DNA of 64,000 bases. It comes from Candidatus Spongiisociaceae bacterium. Its GTDB lineage: Bacteria; Actinomycetota; Acidimicrobiia; Spongiisociales; Spongiisociaceae. Location of the stretch: NCBI GenBank assembly GCA_965219685.1, contig CBDCOH010000002.1, forward strand, positions 1,536,001-1,600,000, written 5' to 3'. The notes under the pieces are model-generated. The model searched no databases. It was not told the origin of the DNA and saw nothing but the letters and a program-made list of their open reading frames with translations. Below, in pieces: positions 30,167-39,955 of this stretch (the first letter of the stretch is position 1; each line of letters starts with the position of its first letter). A program made the translations under genes and the position numbers.

Positions 30167-30994
30167 TCAGCCGCCTACCACCGGGTTGGTCAACCTCCCG
30201 ATGCCCTCTATCTCGAGGCTCACCACATCGCCCGACTGCAGGTATTCGGGCGGCGTGCGGGCGAATCCGACCCCGCTGGGCGTTCCCGTCGAGATCACCG
30301 CCCCGACGCCGAGAGTCAAGGACTGCGAGAGGTGGGACACGAGCGCGGGAACATCGAAGATCAGGTCCGAGGTCTCACCCGATTGCTTGAGCACGTCGTT
30401 CACCCAGAGCTTCACGCCGAGGTCGTCAGCGGCTCCCAACTCGTCGGCGGTGGTGATCCAGGGACCCATCGGTTTGAAGGTGTCGAGGGACTTGGCCCGA
30501 CTCCACTGGCCTTCCGTCCTCTGGATGTCACGGGCCGACACGTCGTTGACTATCACGTAGCCGGCCACGTAATCGAGAGCGTCCTCCACGGCTACGTCGC
30601 GGGCGCTCCTGCCGATTACCACCCCGAGTTCGACCTCCCAGTCGACCTCGTCGGTGAAGGGCGGAAGCCGGATCGGGTCGCCCGGGTCGATGATCGACGA
30701 GTTGAAGAAAGGAAAGCTGACCGGGGAGGTCGGCACCGCGGCGCCCGACTCGGCCGCGTGAGCCCGGTAGTTGAGCCCGATCCCGACGAACTGGGGAGGG
30801 TTCGGAACCGGGGCCAACAGGTCGACGCTCCCGAGGGCTGCTTCGCCGGTCGACCTCCGGGAGAGGTCGCCGAGCGCAGCCGGATCGCCCAGAACGTCCA
30901 TCAGGTCGGGGCCGCCGGTCACGGGGCGTACCGTGTCGCCATCGACGAATCCCCAGCCGTCCATTCCATCTGCCCTGAATCGAGCTATCCGCAT
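30167..30994 (-). CDS. Fumarylacetoacetate hydrolase family protein
   Basis: GIGLNYRAH, DWEVELGVVIG, NDVSARD, RAKSLDTF, STGTPSGVG. Confidence 0.94.
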   Translation of the reverse strand: MRIARFRADGMDGWGFVDGDTVRPVTGGPDLMDVLGDPAALGDLSRRSTGEAALGSVDLLAPVPNPPQFVGIGLNYRAHAAESGAAVPTSPVSFPFFNSSIIDPGDPIRLPPFTDEVDWEVELGVVIGRSARDVAVEDALDYVAGYVIVNDVSARDIQRTEGQWSRAKSLDTFKPMGPWITTADELGAADDLGVKLWVNDVLKQSGETSDLIFDVPALVSHLSQSLTLGVGAVISTGTPSGVGFARTPPEYLQSGDVVSLEIEGIGRLTNPVVGG

Positions 30995-31061
30995 CACCAC
31001 ACTTCCGCTTAGGCTGGGCGGCATTGTATATGATCGTTGCCGGCCCGAAGGAGGTGTACGG

Positions 31062-31454
31062 ATGGGGATCGAGGCAGTCGAAGTCGATGCGCTCAGCCCA
31101 CCTCCCGAGCCGTACTCCCACGCGATCAGGGCCGGGAACACGCTGTACCTGGCCGGCCAGGTCGCCTTCGACCGCAACGGCGACATCGTGGGCGACACCG
31201 TGGAGGAACAGGCCCGCCAGGTCTGGCGGAACATCCGTGACATCCTGGAGGCCGCGGGCAGTTCGATAGCGGACGTGGTGAAGGTCACCTACATCATGCA
31301 GGACATCCGGGAGATCTCCGAGGAGTTCCCGGTCCGGGAGGAAGTCTTCGAGGGGAGGCCGTTCCCGGCCGTCACCGCCATGCAGGCGGCGGCCCTCGGC
31401 CTCCCCGGGCTCAAGATGGAGGTTGATGTGATCGCAGTGACCGGCGATGGATGA
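31062..31454 (+). CDS. RidA/YjgF family protein
   Basis: PYSHAIRAG.TLYLAGQV, EQARQVWRNI, VVKVT, PAVT, EVDVIA; RBS AGGAGG. Confidence 0.92.
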   Translation: MGIEAVEVDALSPPPEPYSHAIRAGNTLYLAGQVAFDRNGDIVGDTVEEQARQVWRNIRDILEAAGSSIADVVKVTYIMQDIREISEEFPVREEVFEGRPFPAVTAMQAAALGLPGLKMEVDVIAVTGDG

Positions 31455-31635
31455 CCTCACCCACTCCCGCGTCGCGGAGTTGCTGAGACAGAGCGGGCTC
31501 GATGGACCGGCTTTCGACGTGGCTGCCTTAGCCGAGGGGTTGGCAGCCGCAAGGGTGGACAGGAGAGAACTGGAGCGCTTGCTGGAGGACCGGGCCGTGG
31601 AGTACGCAACGACGTTCGAGCCGGAGTGGCGATAG
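31447..31635 (+). CDS. Small protein, possible AtzG/GatC-like amidase partner subunit
   Basis: 62 aa, overlaps both neighbours; C-terminal EYATTFEP resembles the EPAxxFxP tail of AtzG-like proteins. Confidence 0.55.
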   Translation: MDDLTHSRVAELLRQSGLDGPAFDVAALAEGLAAARVDRRELERLLEDRAVEYATTFEPEWR

Positions 31636-33041
31636 TGGCTGCGGCAGGCTGGATCGCAGAAGCGGCGGCAAGTCTCAGGAGCGGCGCCACCACCTCGGTG
31701 AAGTTGACCAGGAGTGCGCTGGACGGGATCGAGCGGGTGAACGATCGGCTCAACGCATTCGTACTGGTCGACCGCAACGGTGCCCTGTCAGCCGCCGAAA
31801 CAGCCGACGCCTTACTCCGATCCGGGGAAGATGCAGGTCCCCTCACCGGGATCCCCGTTGGGGTCAAGGACATCATCGACATGGCGGGGCTGCCCACACG
31901 GTGCGGGTCGCCCGCGTTCTCCGACCGGGCCCGATCGACGGATGCGACCATCGTCACCAGGCTGCGGGAGGCCGGGGCGGTGATGGTCGGGAAGACCACG
32001 ACCCACGAGTTGGCGTGCGGCGTCTACAGCGCACCAGCCGCCAATCCGTGGGACACAGACTGTCTCCCCGGGGGCTCCAGCGGGGGTTCGGGCGCCGCGG
32101 TGGCGGCCGGCGCGGTCCCTATGGCGCTCGGAAGCGACACCGGTGGCTCGATCAGGATCCCGGCGTCGGTGTGCGGCGTTACCGGCCTCAAGCCCACCTT
32201 CGGGCGGGTCTCGCGGGCGGGGGTCGCATCGCTGGCCTGGTCGCTGGACCATCTGGGTCCCCTCGCCGCCACGGTGTCCGACTGCGCCGAAAGCCTCCAG
32301 GCCATGGCCGGCTTCGACCCCGCCGACCCCGCGACGAGCCGCCTCCCGGTTCCGGACTTCTCGGCCCGGCTCGGCCGCGGCGTGGAGGGACTGAGGATCG
32401 GTGTGCTGGCGCACGCGCCGTTCGCGCCTCTGCAGGATGCCGTAGCCGAAGCGTTCGGCGACGCGGTCGAGGTGCTCCGGTCACTGGGCGCCGAACTCGC
32501 GCCCATCCGCATACCGGAACTGGACCGCACCCTTGCGACTGAGTTCGCCATCGTCGGGCCGGAGGCCGCCGCGTATCACCGGCGGCTGCTCCGCGACCGC
32601 CCCGAGGCGATCTCGCGGGGGATCCGACAACTGTTCACCATCGGGACGCTGGTCCCCTCGTCCTACTACCTGGCGGGCCTGCAGGCGCGCTCGGTGATCC
32701 GCGACGCTCTGCGCGCTGCCTTCGAAGACCACAACCTCGATGCCGTGGTCACCCCGACCCTGCCTGCCACCGCCGCGCCGGCCGGCGACCAGCGGCTCGA
32801 GTGCGGAGGCGTCATGGAAGATGTGACCGCGGCCTACGTGAGAACGACCGCTCCGTTCAACCTGTCCGGCCAGCCCGCGCTGAGCGTGCCGTGCGGGTTC
32901 GACGACAAGGGACTTCCGGCCGGTCTCCAGATCGCAGGACGTCCCTTCGACGAGGCGACCGTACTCCAGATCGGCGCCGCATACGAGTCGGCCACCGACT
33001 GGACCTCCAGGAGACCCCCGGTATACGTGGATGCCGGATGA
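31626..33041 (+). CDS. Amidase-signature family enzyme
   Basis: GVKDII (Lys), PGGSSGGSGAAVAAG, GSDTGGSIRIP, GLKPTFGRVS. Confidence 0.94.
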   Translation: MAIVAAAGWIAEAAASLRSGATTSVKLTRSALDGIERVNDRLNAFVLVDRNGALSAAETADALLRSGEDAGPLTGIPVGVKDIIDMAGLPTRCGSPAFSDRARSTDATIVTRLREAGAVMVGKTTTHELACGVYSAPAANPWDTDCLPGGSSGGSGAAVAAGAVPMALGSDTGGSIRIPASVCGVTGLKPTFGRVSRAGVASLAWSLDHLGPLAATVSDCAESLQAMAGFDPADPATSRLPVPDFSARLGRGVEGLRIGVLAHAPFAPLQDAVAEAFGDAVEVLRSLGAELAPIRIPELDRTLATEFAIVGPEAAAYHRRLLRDRPEAISRGIRQLFTIGTLVPSSYYLAGLQARSVIRDALRAAFEDHNLDAVVTPTLPATAAPAGDQRLECGGVMEDVTAAYVRTTAPFNLSGQPALSVPCGFDDKGLPAGLQIAGRPFDEATVLQIGAAYESATDWTSRRPPVYVDAG

Positions 33042-33082
33042 CCGGCAACCCGGCGCCTGACACCCGACAACCGACGCTCGAC

Positions 33083-34093
33083 ATGCGGGTGCTGGTATTC
33101 GACGGCCCGCATCGCTTCCACGTGGAGAGACGACCCAAGCCGAACCCCGGCGCCGGAGAGGTGCGCATCCGGATGGCTTACGTCGGCATCTGCGGCTCCG
33201 ACCTCCATGGTTACACCGGCGAGTCGGGGCGCAGGTTGCCGGGAATGATCATGGGACACGAAGCCAGCGGATGGATCGAAGCGGTCGGTCCGGGGGTGAC
33301 CGATCTGGAGGTCGGCATCCCGGTCACATTCAACCCGAGCCTGCCCTGCGAAGGATCGTGCGGGCACGGGCCGGAGAACCACTGCGCCGTGCTGCGCGTC
33401 ATCGGGGTCACCCCGGATATACAAGGCGCGTTCGCCGACGCGATGGTCATCCCAGCCGGCCGGGTCGTACCACTCGGGGGTCTGAGCCTCCTCTGGGGCG
33501 CAGGCGTGGAACCGATGGCGGTGGCGCTGCAGGCCACGCGGAGGGCCGGGGTCCGCCCCGGACAGTCCGTCCTGATCGTCGGTGGAGGGATGATCGGCCA
33601 GTCGATCGCCCAGACCTGCCGCCTGGAGGGCGCAACGCGCATAGCGGTGTCGGACCCGATCGCCGAACGGCGCGCCCTGACCGCGTCGGCAGGGTTCGAA
33701 GCGCTGCGCCCCGACGAGGTGGAAGCAGCCGGTCCCTTCGAGGTCTCCTTCGACGCGGTCGGCATTTCGGCGACAGCCTTCGCCGCTATCCGCAGCGTGC
33801 CGAAGGCGGGGGTCGCCTGCTTCGTGGGCCTCGGGCTTCCCGAGGTGGAGATCCCCCTCTTCGACGTCGTGGTCGCCGAGCGGGTGATCGTAGGAAGCTT
33901 CTGCTATCCCGACGAGGTATTCCGGGAGGCCGCGGTTCATCTGGCTACGGGAGGGCTGGACCTCGAACCGTTGATCGGCAGCGTGGAGAGCTTCGAGGAC
34001 ATCGCCGCCGCGTTCGAGGACCTGGCCACCCAGGGGCGTACGGACGTAAAGATCATGATGTCCACCGGCGCCGCCCCACCGACGCCGCCATGA
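33083..34093 (+). CDS. Zn-dependent medium-chain alcohol dehydrogenase (sorbitol/threonine DH-like)
   Basis: GICGSDLH, MGHEASG, VEPMAVA, GGGMIG; alternative start at 33038. Confidence 0.9.
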   Translation: MRVLVFDGPHRFHVERRPKPNPGAGEVRIRMAYVGICGSDLHGYTGESGRRLPGMIMGHEASGWIEAVGPGVTDLEVGIPVTFNPSLPCEGSCGHGPENHCAVLRVIGVTPDIQGAFADAMVIPAGRVVPLGGLSLLWGAGVEPMAVALQATRRAGVRPGQSVLIVGGGMIGQSIAQTCRLEGATRIAVSDPIAERRALTASAGFEALRPDEVEAAGPFEVSFDAVGISATAFAAIRSVPKAGVACFVGLGLPEVEIPLFDVVVAERVIVGSFCYPDEVFREAAVHLATGGLDLEPLIGSVESFEDIAAAFEDLATQGRTDVKIMMSTGAAPPTPP

Positions 34094-34334
34094 ACCGTAT
34101 CTGCACCCTCCCTTGGATGGCTGGTCCAAGGCGTTCTCCCTTCATGGCGGAGAGTTCGACGAATAGTTCTCCGTTATTACAGGAGAAGTCGGTGGAACAC
34201 CAGGCGGATACCACGAACGCTTGGTGATCGACGAGACGCTTGGACGTTTCGAGCCGAGAGTCACGGCCGGGGCCGCGAAGTACTGTCACTATTGTTGTCC
34301 GGCCCAATAGCCACCCAACCACCAGGAGCTGACC

Positions 34335-35153
34335 ATGCCGTTCGCATCGCTGCCCACCGGCATCGACATGTACTACGAGATCGAAGGTTCCGGCGATCCG
34401 CTGCTCCTGATCATGGGTACGGCAGCCGATCACTCCACCTGGGCCGGACAGGTGGCGGCGTACCGCGACCACTACACCGTGATCACATACGATGCCCGCG
34501 GCACCGGGCAGTCGACCCGACCCCCCGATCCGCGGAGCTACTCGATGGCGATCCTCGGGGACGACGCGGCCGCTCTGCTCGATCACGTGGGTGTGGACCG
34601 GGCCCACGTATCCGGCCTCTCCCTCGGGAGCGCCACAGCCCAGGAGTTGACCATCAACCATCCCGCCAAGGTGGCCTCGGTCCAACTCCACTGCACTTGG
34701 GGCCGCTCGGACGAGTGGTTCATAAGGATGATCGACACCAACGAGCTGCCGGTGCTCCACGGTGACTACGCCATGTACATCCGCACCGCGCTGCTCTGGG
34801 TGGCGAGCCCGCAATTCATCAACGAGCGACCGGACGAAGTGGAAACGTTCGAGCGGGGATTCATCTTCGAGAACCCCTATCCCCCCAGCAAGGAAGGGAT
34901 GATGGGGCACTTCCACGCCGACCGGACCCATGACGCCCTAGACCGTCTCCACCGCGTCTCGGTTCCCACCTTGATCACATCCGGAGAGGTCGACTGGCAG
35001 GTGCCCACCCGCTACGGACTCGAGGTGCAGGAGCGCATACCCGGCTCGACCATGCATGTGTTCAGGGGCCCGGCGTCCAGCCACATCGCCTTCTACGAGA
35101 TGATGGACGAGTGGAACGCATTCACCCTGGGTTGGATGCAGCGCCTGGGCTAG
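34335..35153 (+). CDS. Alpha/beta hydrolase
   Basis: GDPLLLIMG, YDARGTGQS, GLSLG, GEVDWQVP, SSHIAF. Confidence 0.9.
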   Translation: MPFASLPTGIDMYYEIEGSGDPLLLIMGTAADHSTWAGQVAAYRDHYTVITYDARGTGQSTRPPDPRSYSMAILGDDAAALLDHVGVDRAHVSGLSLGSATAQELTINHPAKVASVQLHCTWGRSDEWFIRMIDTNELPVLHGDYAMYIRTALLWVASPQFINERPDEVETFERGFIFENPYPPSKEGMMGHFHADRTHDALDRLHRVSVPTLITSGEVDWQVPTRYGLEVQERIPGSTMHVFRGPASSHIAFYEMMDEWNAFTLGWMQRLG

Positions 35154-35212
35154 TGGATGGTGATTAGTGGCTTGTGGTCAGTGGTCCATGGTCAGCCAGC
35201 CACCAGCCACTA
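35151..35212. repeat. Head-to-head heptamer arrays running from TAG to TAG between convergent genes
   Basis: TAGTGGA TGGTGAT TAGTGGC TTGTGGT CAGTGGT-CCATGG-TCAG CCAGCCA CCAGCCA CTA. Confidence 0.8.
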
Positions 35213-35755
35213 GCCGCCGTGGGCCTGCTCGTAGGTCGCGCCGCCGGTGCCTTCGACCCAGTAGCGGCGGGCCCATCCGACGCCCTGCCAGCTCGTGATC
35301 TCCGTGGGAACGATCTTGATGAGCCAGCGTGGTTGGTTGATCGTGCCGGTCAGGTACTCGGGACCGTTCGGTCCGAGGTACCGGTAGGACATCTCCTCGG
35401 CGACCTGAACCCACATACCACCCACGTTGGGCTCCTCGACGATCTCGGCGTTGCCCTGCATGATGACCTTGGGGATCTCCATGCTGCGGCCCGACTCGTC
35501 GGGCTCGCTGTGCGGAGCATCGACGACCAGCGAGACCCGCGGATCGTTCTTCATGTACTCGCACCAGACGGCTCGCTGGCGACCGACCAGCCACATCGCC
35601 CTGCCATCCCACTGGTACCAGAGGGGTATCACGTACGGGGCGCCGTCGGGTGTCAGGCACGCCACCCGGGCCAGATAGTCGCCGTCCAGAAACTGCTCGA
35701 ACTCGTGACCCTCCAAGCCTCCCAGCCTCCCCCGGAAATCCTCAGCCATCGGCAT
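35210..35755 (-). CDS. Pyridoxamine 5'-phosphate oxidase-like (FMN/F420-binding split barrel) protein
   Basis: [31 protein letters not shown]...GNAEI, IKIVP. Confidence 0.88.
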   Translation of the reverse strand: MPMAEDFRGRLGGLEGHEFEQFLDGDYLARVACLTPDGAPYVIPLWYQWDGRAMWLVGRQRAVWCEYMKNDPRVSLVVDAPHSEPDESGRSMEIPKVIMQGNAEIVEEPNVGGMWVQVAEEMSYRYLGPNGPEYLTGTINQPRWLIKIVPTEITSWQGVGWARRYWVEGTGGATYEQAHGG

Positions 35756-35947
35756 GCCTTTCTGTTCGCCGGTAAGCGCCCGCCCTTGCCGGCGCGTGAT
35801 CGCAACATACTATCCGCCGAACCGGGGCCCGGCTCCGGATCGAGCGCCGCCCGCCTTCCCCGACAATAGGAATGGGTGACAACCCGAGCGGGAGGCAGCG
35901 TAGAATGACCGCCGTATGCGAGCCGCCGAGCCCCGAGACACTCCAGC

Positions 35948-36976
35948 GTGACCATCGACGCCGCCGCCCTCTCCGTCCGTGATCTGGTGAAGACCTTCAC
36001 CGTCGGCGGGGGCGTCTTCGGGGGCGAGAAGGGCGAGGTATCGGCGGTGGCGGGCCTGTCCTTCGACATCCGATCCGGAAGCACCCTCGGTCTGGTCGGT
36101 GAGTCGGGCTGCGGGAAGTCGACCACCGCCCGGAGCATCCTCCGCCTGATCGAACCGACCTCCGGGGAGGTGGTGCTCCGGCGCCCGCTCGAAGGGGGCG
36201 GCTCCGAGCAGATCGATGTCATCGCCGCCGACCGCAAGCAACTGCGGGAACTCCGGCGTCACATGCAGATCGTCTTCCAGGACCCGTTCGCCTCGCTCAA
36301 CCCGCGCATGTCGGTGGGCGCCGCCATCGGCGAGCTCCTGCATGTCCATACCGACATGTCGCGGTCCGACCGGGCTGAGCGGGTGGGAGAACTTCTGAGC
36401 CTGGTCGGGATGAATCCCAACGTGGCCGACCGCTACCCCCACGAGTTCTCCGGTGGGCAGCGCCAGCGTATCGGTGTGGCGCGGGCCCTCGCTCTCAACC
36501 CGGGCTTCCTGATCCTCGACGAACCCGTCTCGGCTCTCGACGTGTCGATCCAGGCCCAGGTTCTGAACCTGCTGGAGGAACTGCAGAATCGGCTCGGCCT
36601 CACCTACCTGTTCATCGCCCACGACCTGGCCGTCGTCCGTCACATATGCGACGACACGGCGGTCATGTACCTGGGGAAGATCGTCGAGCAGGCCGGCACC
36701 GACGAGTTGTTCGCACGCCCGATGCATCCCTACACCCATGCCCTGCTGTCCGCGGTCCCCACGCCCAATCCCAGGATCCAGCGGCAGCGGTCCCGCATAT
36801 TGCTGGAGGGAGACGTCCCCAGCCCTCTGAATCCCCCCTCGGGATGCCGCTTCCACACCCGTTGCCCCATCGGGAGGGACAAGGAGATATGCCGGACCGA
36901 GGAACCGGCCCTCCAGGAGCAGGCTCCGGGTCACCGGGTGGCATGCCACTTCGCCGAAGTGAAGTCGATCATCTGA
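35948..36976 (+). CDS. Oligopeptide/dipeptide ABC transporter ATP-binding protein (DppF/OppF type)
   Basis: [43 protein letters not shown]. Confidence 0.94.
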   Translation: MTIDAAALSVRDLVKTFTVGGGVFGGEKGEVSAVAGLSFDIRSGSTLGLVGESGCGKSTTARSILRLIEPTSGEVVLRRPLEGGGSEQIDVIAADRKQLRELRRHMQIVFQDPFASLNPRMSVGAAIGELLHVHTDMSRSDRAERVGELLSLVGMNPNVADRYPHEFSGGQRQRIGVARALALNPGFLILDEPVSALDVSIQAQVLNLLEELQNRLGLTYLFIAHDLAVVRHICDDTAVMYLGKIVEQAGTDELFARPMHPYTHALLSAVPTPNPRIQRQRSRILLEGDVPSPLNPPSGCRFHTRCPIGRDKEICRTEEPALQEQAPGHRVACHFAEVKSII

Positions 36977-36988
36977 GAGTCTGCCGGC

Positions 36989-37777
36989 GTGGGCTTCGTC
37001 GACATCCGGGACGGCAATCCACTCAAGACCACCCTCTCCGGGGGCGGAGTAGCCGTAGGCATGTTCCTCCGGCTGCCGGGCATGGAACTGGCCGAACTCT
37101 GCGCGCACGCCGGCTGCGACTTCGTGCTGATCGACATGGAGCACAGCACCATCACCTGGGAACAGGCGGGCGCCATGGCACTGGCGGCCGAGTCGGCCGG
37201 AACCGTTCCGGTCCTGCGGCTGTCCAACCCGGCGCGGGACTCGATCACGAGGGCGCTCGATGTCGGGACACATGGCGTAATGGTGGCCCAGGTGGAGACG
37301 CCGGCCACCGCCCGGGCAGTCGTGGCGGCAACCCGGTACGGGTCGGGAGGCACGCGAGGGACGGCCGGTAGTCGCCGCAGTGGATTCGGCCTGCGGATAC
37401 CTCTGGGGGAATTCACCGAGGCGGCCAACCGGGCGACGTTCGTCTCGGTCCAGGTCGAGTCGGTAGAGGCCGTGCGGAACGTGGGATCGATCGCCGCGGT
37501 TCCCGGAGTCGACTGCATACTGGCCGGGCTGTCGGACCTCACCGTCGACCTGGGGGTCCCGGGCGAGTGGGACCACCCGTCGGTCGTCTCGTGCGCAATG
37601 GAGATCCAAGCCGCCTGCGACGCGAACGGGATCGCCTTCGGCGTGCCTGCACCCGATCCCGGCTTCGCCGCCAGGTACATCGCCCGGGGCGCCCGCCTGA
37701 TCGCCGCCGGTGATGTCGGGGTGTTCGGGCGGGCGATGCGCGCCTTCGTGGAAGGGGTGAAGCGATCCGGCGAGTGA
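36989..37777 (+). CDS. HpcH/HpaI aldolase family protein
   Basis: DFVLIDMEH, RALD.G, GTRG, VQVES, G.SDL. Confidence 0.9.
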   Translation: MGFVDIRDGNPLKTTLSGGGVAVGMFLRLPGMELAELCAHAGCDFVLIDMEHSTITWEQAGAMALAAESAGTVPVLRLSNPARDSITRALDVGTHGVMVAQVETPATARAVVAATRYGSGGTRGTAGSRRSGFGLRIPLGEFTEAANRATFVSVQVESVEAVRNVGSIAAVPGVDCILAGLSDLTVDLGVPGEWDHPSVVSCAMEIQAACDANGIAFGVPAPDPGFAARYIARGARLIAAGDVGVFGRAMRAFVEGVKRSGE

Positions 37778-38691
37778 CGCGGGACATGACCCGTTTCGAG
37801 TTCGACGCTTCCGCCGAACCGGCGATCACCGTCGCGCCCGGGGAGTCGATCGTGGTCGAGACCCAGGACGCCCACAGCGGGACGATCACCGGCCCGGAAG
37901 TCGTCTACGAGACCCTCGACGACGTCATGGAGAGGATCGGCGGGGCCAACCCCGTCACCGGTCCGATATACGTCGAGGGCATCGCGCCGGGAGACTGCGT
38001 GGAAGTCCATATCGAACGTGTCCACGGAGCCCCTGTGACCGGCTTCGGGTACATGAACACCACGCCAACCCTGCACTCGTCGCTCGAAGCGGAGACGGTC
38101 ATCTGCCATCGTCGCGACGACTGCGTGGCCATACCCACACGTAGGGGTCCTGTCATGGTCCCCTACCGACCTTTCGTCGGCACCATCGGCGTAGCACCCG
38201 CAGGCGCCCCGGTCCTGTCCTTCCGGCAGGGCAGGGAGTTCCTCGGCAACGTCGACCTGCCCGAGGTCGCCGCCGGGTCGGTGGTGGTCATGAGAGCGGC
38301 CGTCGACGGGGCCCTCGTCTCGCTGGGCGACGCTCACCTGGTCCAAGGCGACGCCGAGATCCACCGCTCCGCCGTCGAGTGCCAGGCCGATGTGGTACTG
38401 CGCATACAGAGACGGGAAGGCGCCGAGGTGGGCTTCTCAGGTCTACCACAGGTCAACACGCCCAGCGCGTGGGGAAGTGTGGCCCCCGGTCCCGGCCACC
38501 TGGAGGATCTCGTCAGGGCCGCCTACGACGACCTCGCGCTCCGCATGCGGCACTCGCGGCGGTTCACCCTGGCGGAGGCCTACCGCCTGCTCGGCGCAGT
38601 GGGTACCGTAAGGGTGGGCCAGGTGGTACCCCCTGTGTACTCGGCCCTGGCCGCCATCGAGCGACGCTACGTAGGAGGTCCTGAGCAATGA
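37774..38691 (+). CDS. Acetamidase/formamidase family protein
   Basis: ETQDAH, NPVTGPIYVEG..PGD, PFVGTIGVAP, GNVD, GDAHLVQGDAE. Confidence 0.88.
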   Translation: MTRDMTRFEFDASAEPAITVAPGESIVVETQDAHSGTITGPEVVYETLDDVMERIGGANPVTGPIYVEGIAPGDCVEVHIERVHGAPVTGFGYMNTTPTLHSSLEAETVICHRRDDCVAIPTRRGPVMVPYRPFVGTIGVAPAGAPVLSFRQGREFLGNVDLPEVAAGSVVVMRAAVDGALVSLGDAHLVQGDAEIHRSAVECQADVVLRIQRREGAEVGFSGLPQVNTPSAWGSVAPGPGHLEDLVRAAYDDLALRMRHSRRFTLAEAYRLLGAVGTVRVGQVVPPVYSALAAIERRYVGGPEQ

Positions 38692-38788
38692 CGACTGCTA
38701 TGACCCGTCTGCCGCGGATCACGATTCCTGGCGTGGACCGACGGGACGCCTGTGGATTGCTCGGCACCCTCCTCGAGGAGGACCGCAC

Positions 38789-39955
38789 ATGGTGAGGCCG
38801 TCGCGCGCAGTCGAGTCATTGCCCCGCTCCGGGATCCGCGAGATCATGGAACTGGCCTGGACGGTGGACGACCCCATCCACCTCGAAGTGGGCGAACCGA
38901 ACTTCCCGACCCCGGACCACATCGTGGAGGCGGCCCACCAGGCTGCGGTCGACGGCTTCACCCGCTACACCCCCAATGCCGGGATTCCGGAGTTGAGGGA
39001 GGTCCTGGCCACGAAGGTCCGGGAACGCAACGGTATCGACGCCTCCGCCGAACGGATCGTGGTCACACCGGGCGCAGTGGTCGGGGTCTACAGCGTCATC
39101 GCCGCGGTTGCCGACCCCGGGAGCGAGCTGCTCGTAAGCGACCCGTGCTGGCCCAACTACCTGCTGATGACCGAACTGTTGGGGATTCGGTCGGTCCGGT
39201 TCCCGCTCGCGGCCGAGGACGGCTTCGTGCCCAACGCGGCCCGGATCGAGCCACACATCACCGATCGCACCAGGGCCATCCTCCTCAACTCGCCCGGGAA
39301 CCCCACGGGCGCCACCACCGACCGGGAATCCCTGCGAGAGATCATCGAACTGGCCAGGGCATACGACCTCTGGGTGCTGTCGGACGAGGTGTACGACGAG
39401 ATCTGGTTCGACGAACCGTTCGTGTCCGCCGGACCCCTCGATCCCGACGGGCGGGTGATCACCTTCTTCAGCTTCTCGAAGACGTACGCCATGACAGGTT
39501 GGCGGGTCGGCTACCTGGTCTCCCCGCCGGGCCTGACCGAAAGCGTGATCAAGGCCCAGGAACCGATAACGTCCTGCGTCAACGCCCCGGCTCAGAAGGC
39601 CGCGGTCGCAGCCATCACAGGCCCCCAGGAGATAGTCGCCGAGATGCGCAAGGCCTACCACGAGCGGCGTGACGCGGTGGTGGACCTCCTGAAGCAGCAG
39701 GGCATCCCCTACGTGCGTCCCACGGGCGCGTTCTACCTGATGGCCGACGTGAGCGGCAGCGGCCTGACCGACTTGGAGTTCTCCCGCCGACTTGTCCTCG
39801 AACGCGGGGTCGCGGTGGTACCCGGAACCACCTTCGGTCCGGACAGCGGCGCCTACGTACGGATCTCCCTCGCCACCGCCGCCGACCCCCTCCTCGACGG
39901 CGTGAGCCGCCTGGCCGACGCCGTGAAGACCTGGGGAGCTGAGGTCAGAAGCTGA
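38789..39955 (+). CDS. Class I/II PLP-dependent aminotransferase
   Basis: LEVGEPNF, NSPGNPTG, SDEVY, SFSKTYAMTGWRVG. Confidence 0.94.
   Translation: MVRPSRAVESLPRSGIREIMELAWTVDDPIHLEVGEPNFPTPDHIVEAAHQAAVDGFTRYTPNAGIPELREVLATKVRERNGIDASAERIVVTPGAVVGVYSVIAAVADPGSELLVSDPCWPNYLLMTELLGIRSVRFPLAAEDGFVPNAARIEPHITDRTRAILLNSPGNPTGATTDRESLREIIELARAYDLWVLSDEVYDEIWFDEPFVSAGPLDPDGRVITFFSFSKTYAMTGWRVGYLVSPPGLTESVIKAQEPITSCVNAPAQKAAVAAITGPQEIVAEMRKAYHERRDAVVDLLKQQGIPYVRPTGAFYLMADVSGSGLTDLEFSRRLVLERGVAVVPGTTFGPDSGAYVRISLATAADPLLDGVSRLADAVKTWGAEVRS

Noticed and set aside
29132-31012. Long antisense ORFs (also 35810-37609, 45529-47298, 56606-58465)
   Set aside because: Each lies opposite well-supported genes and lacks recognisable domains.
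34094-34334. Three consecutive short hairpins upstream of the hydrolase gene, possible ncRNA
   Set aside because: Stems are only 6-7 bp and match no riboswitch I recognise; insufficient support.
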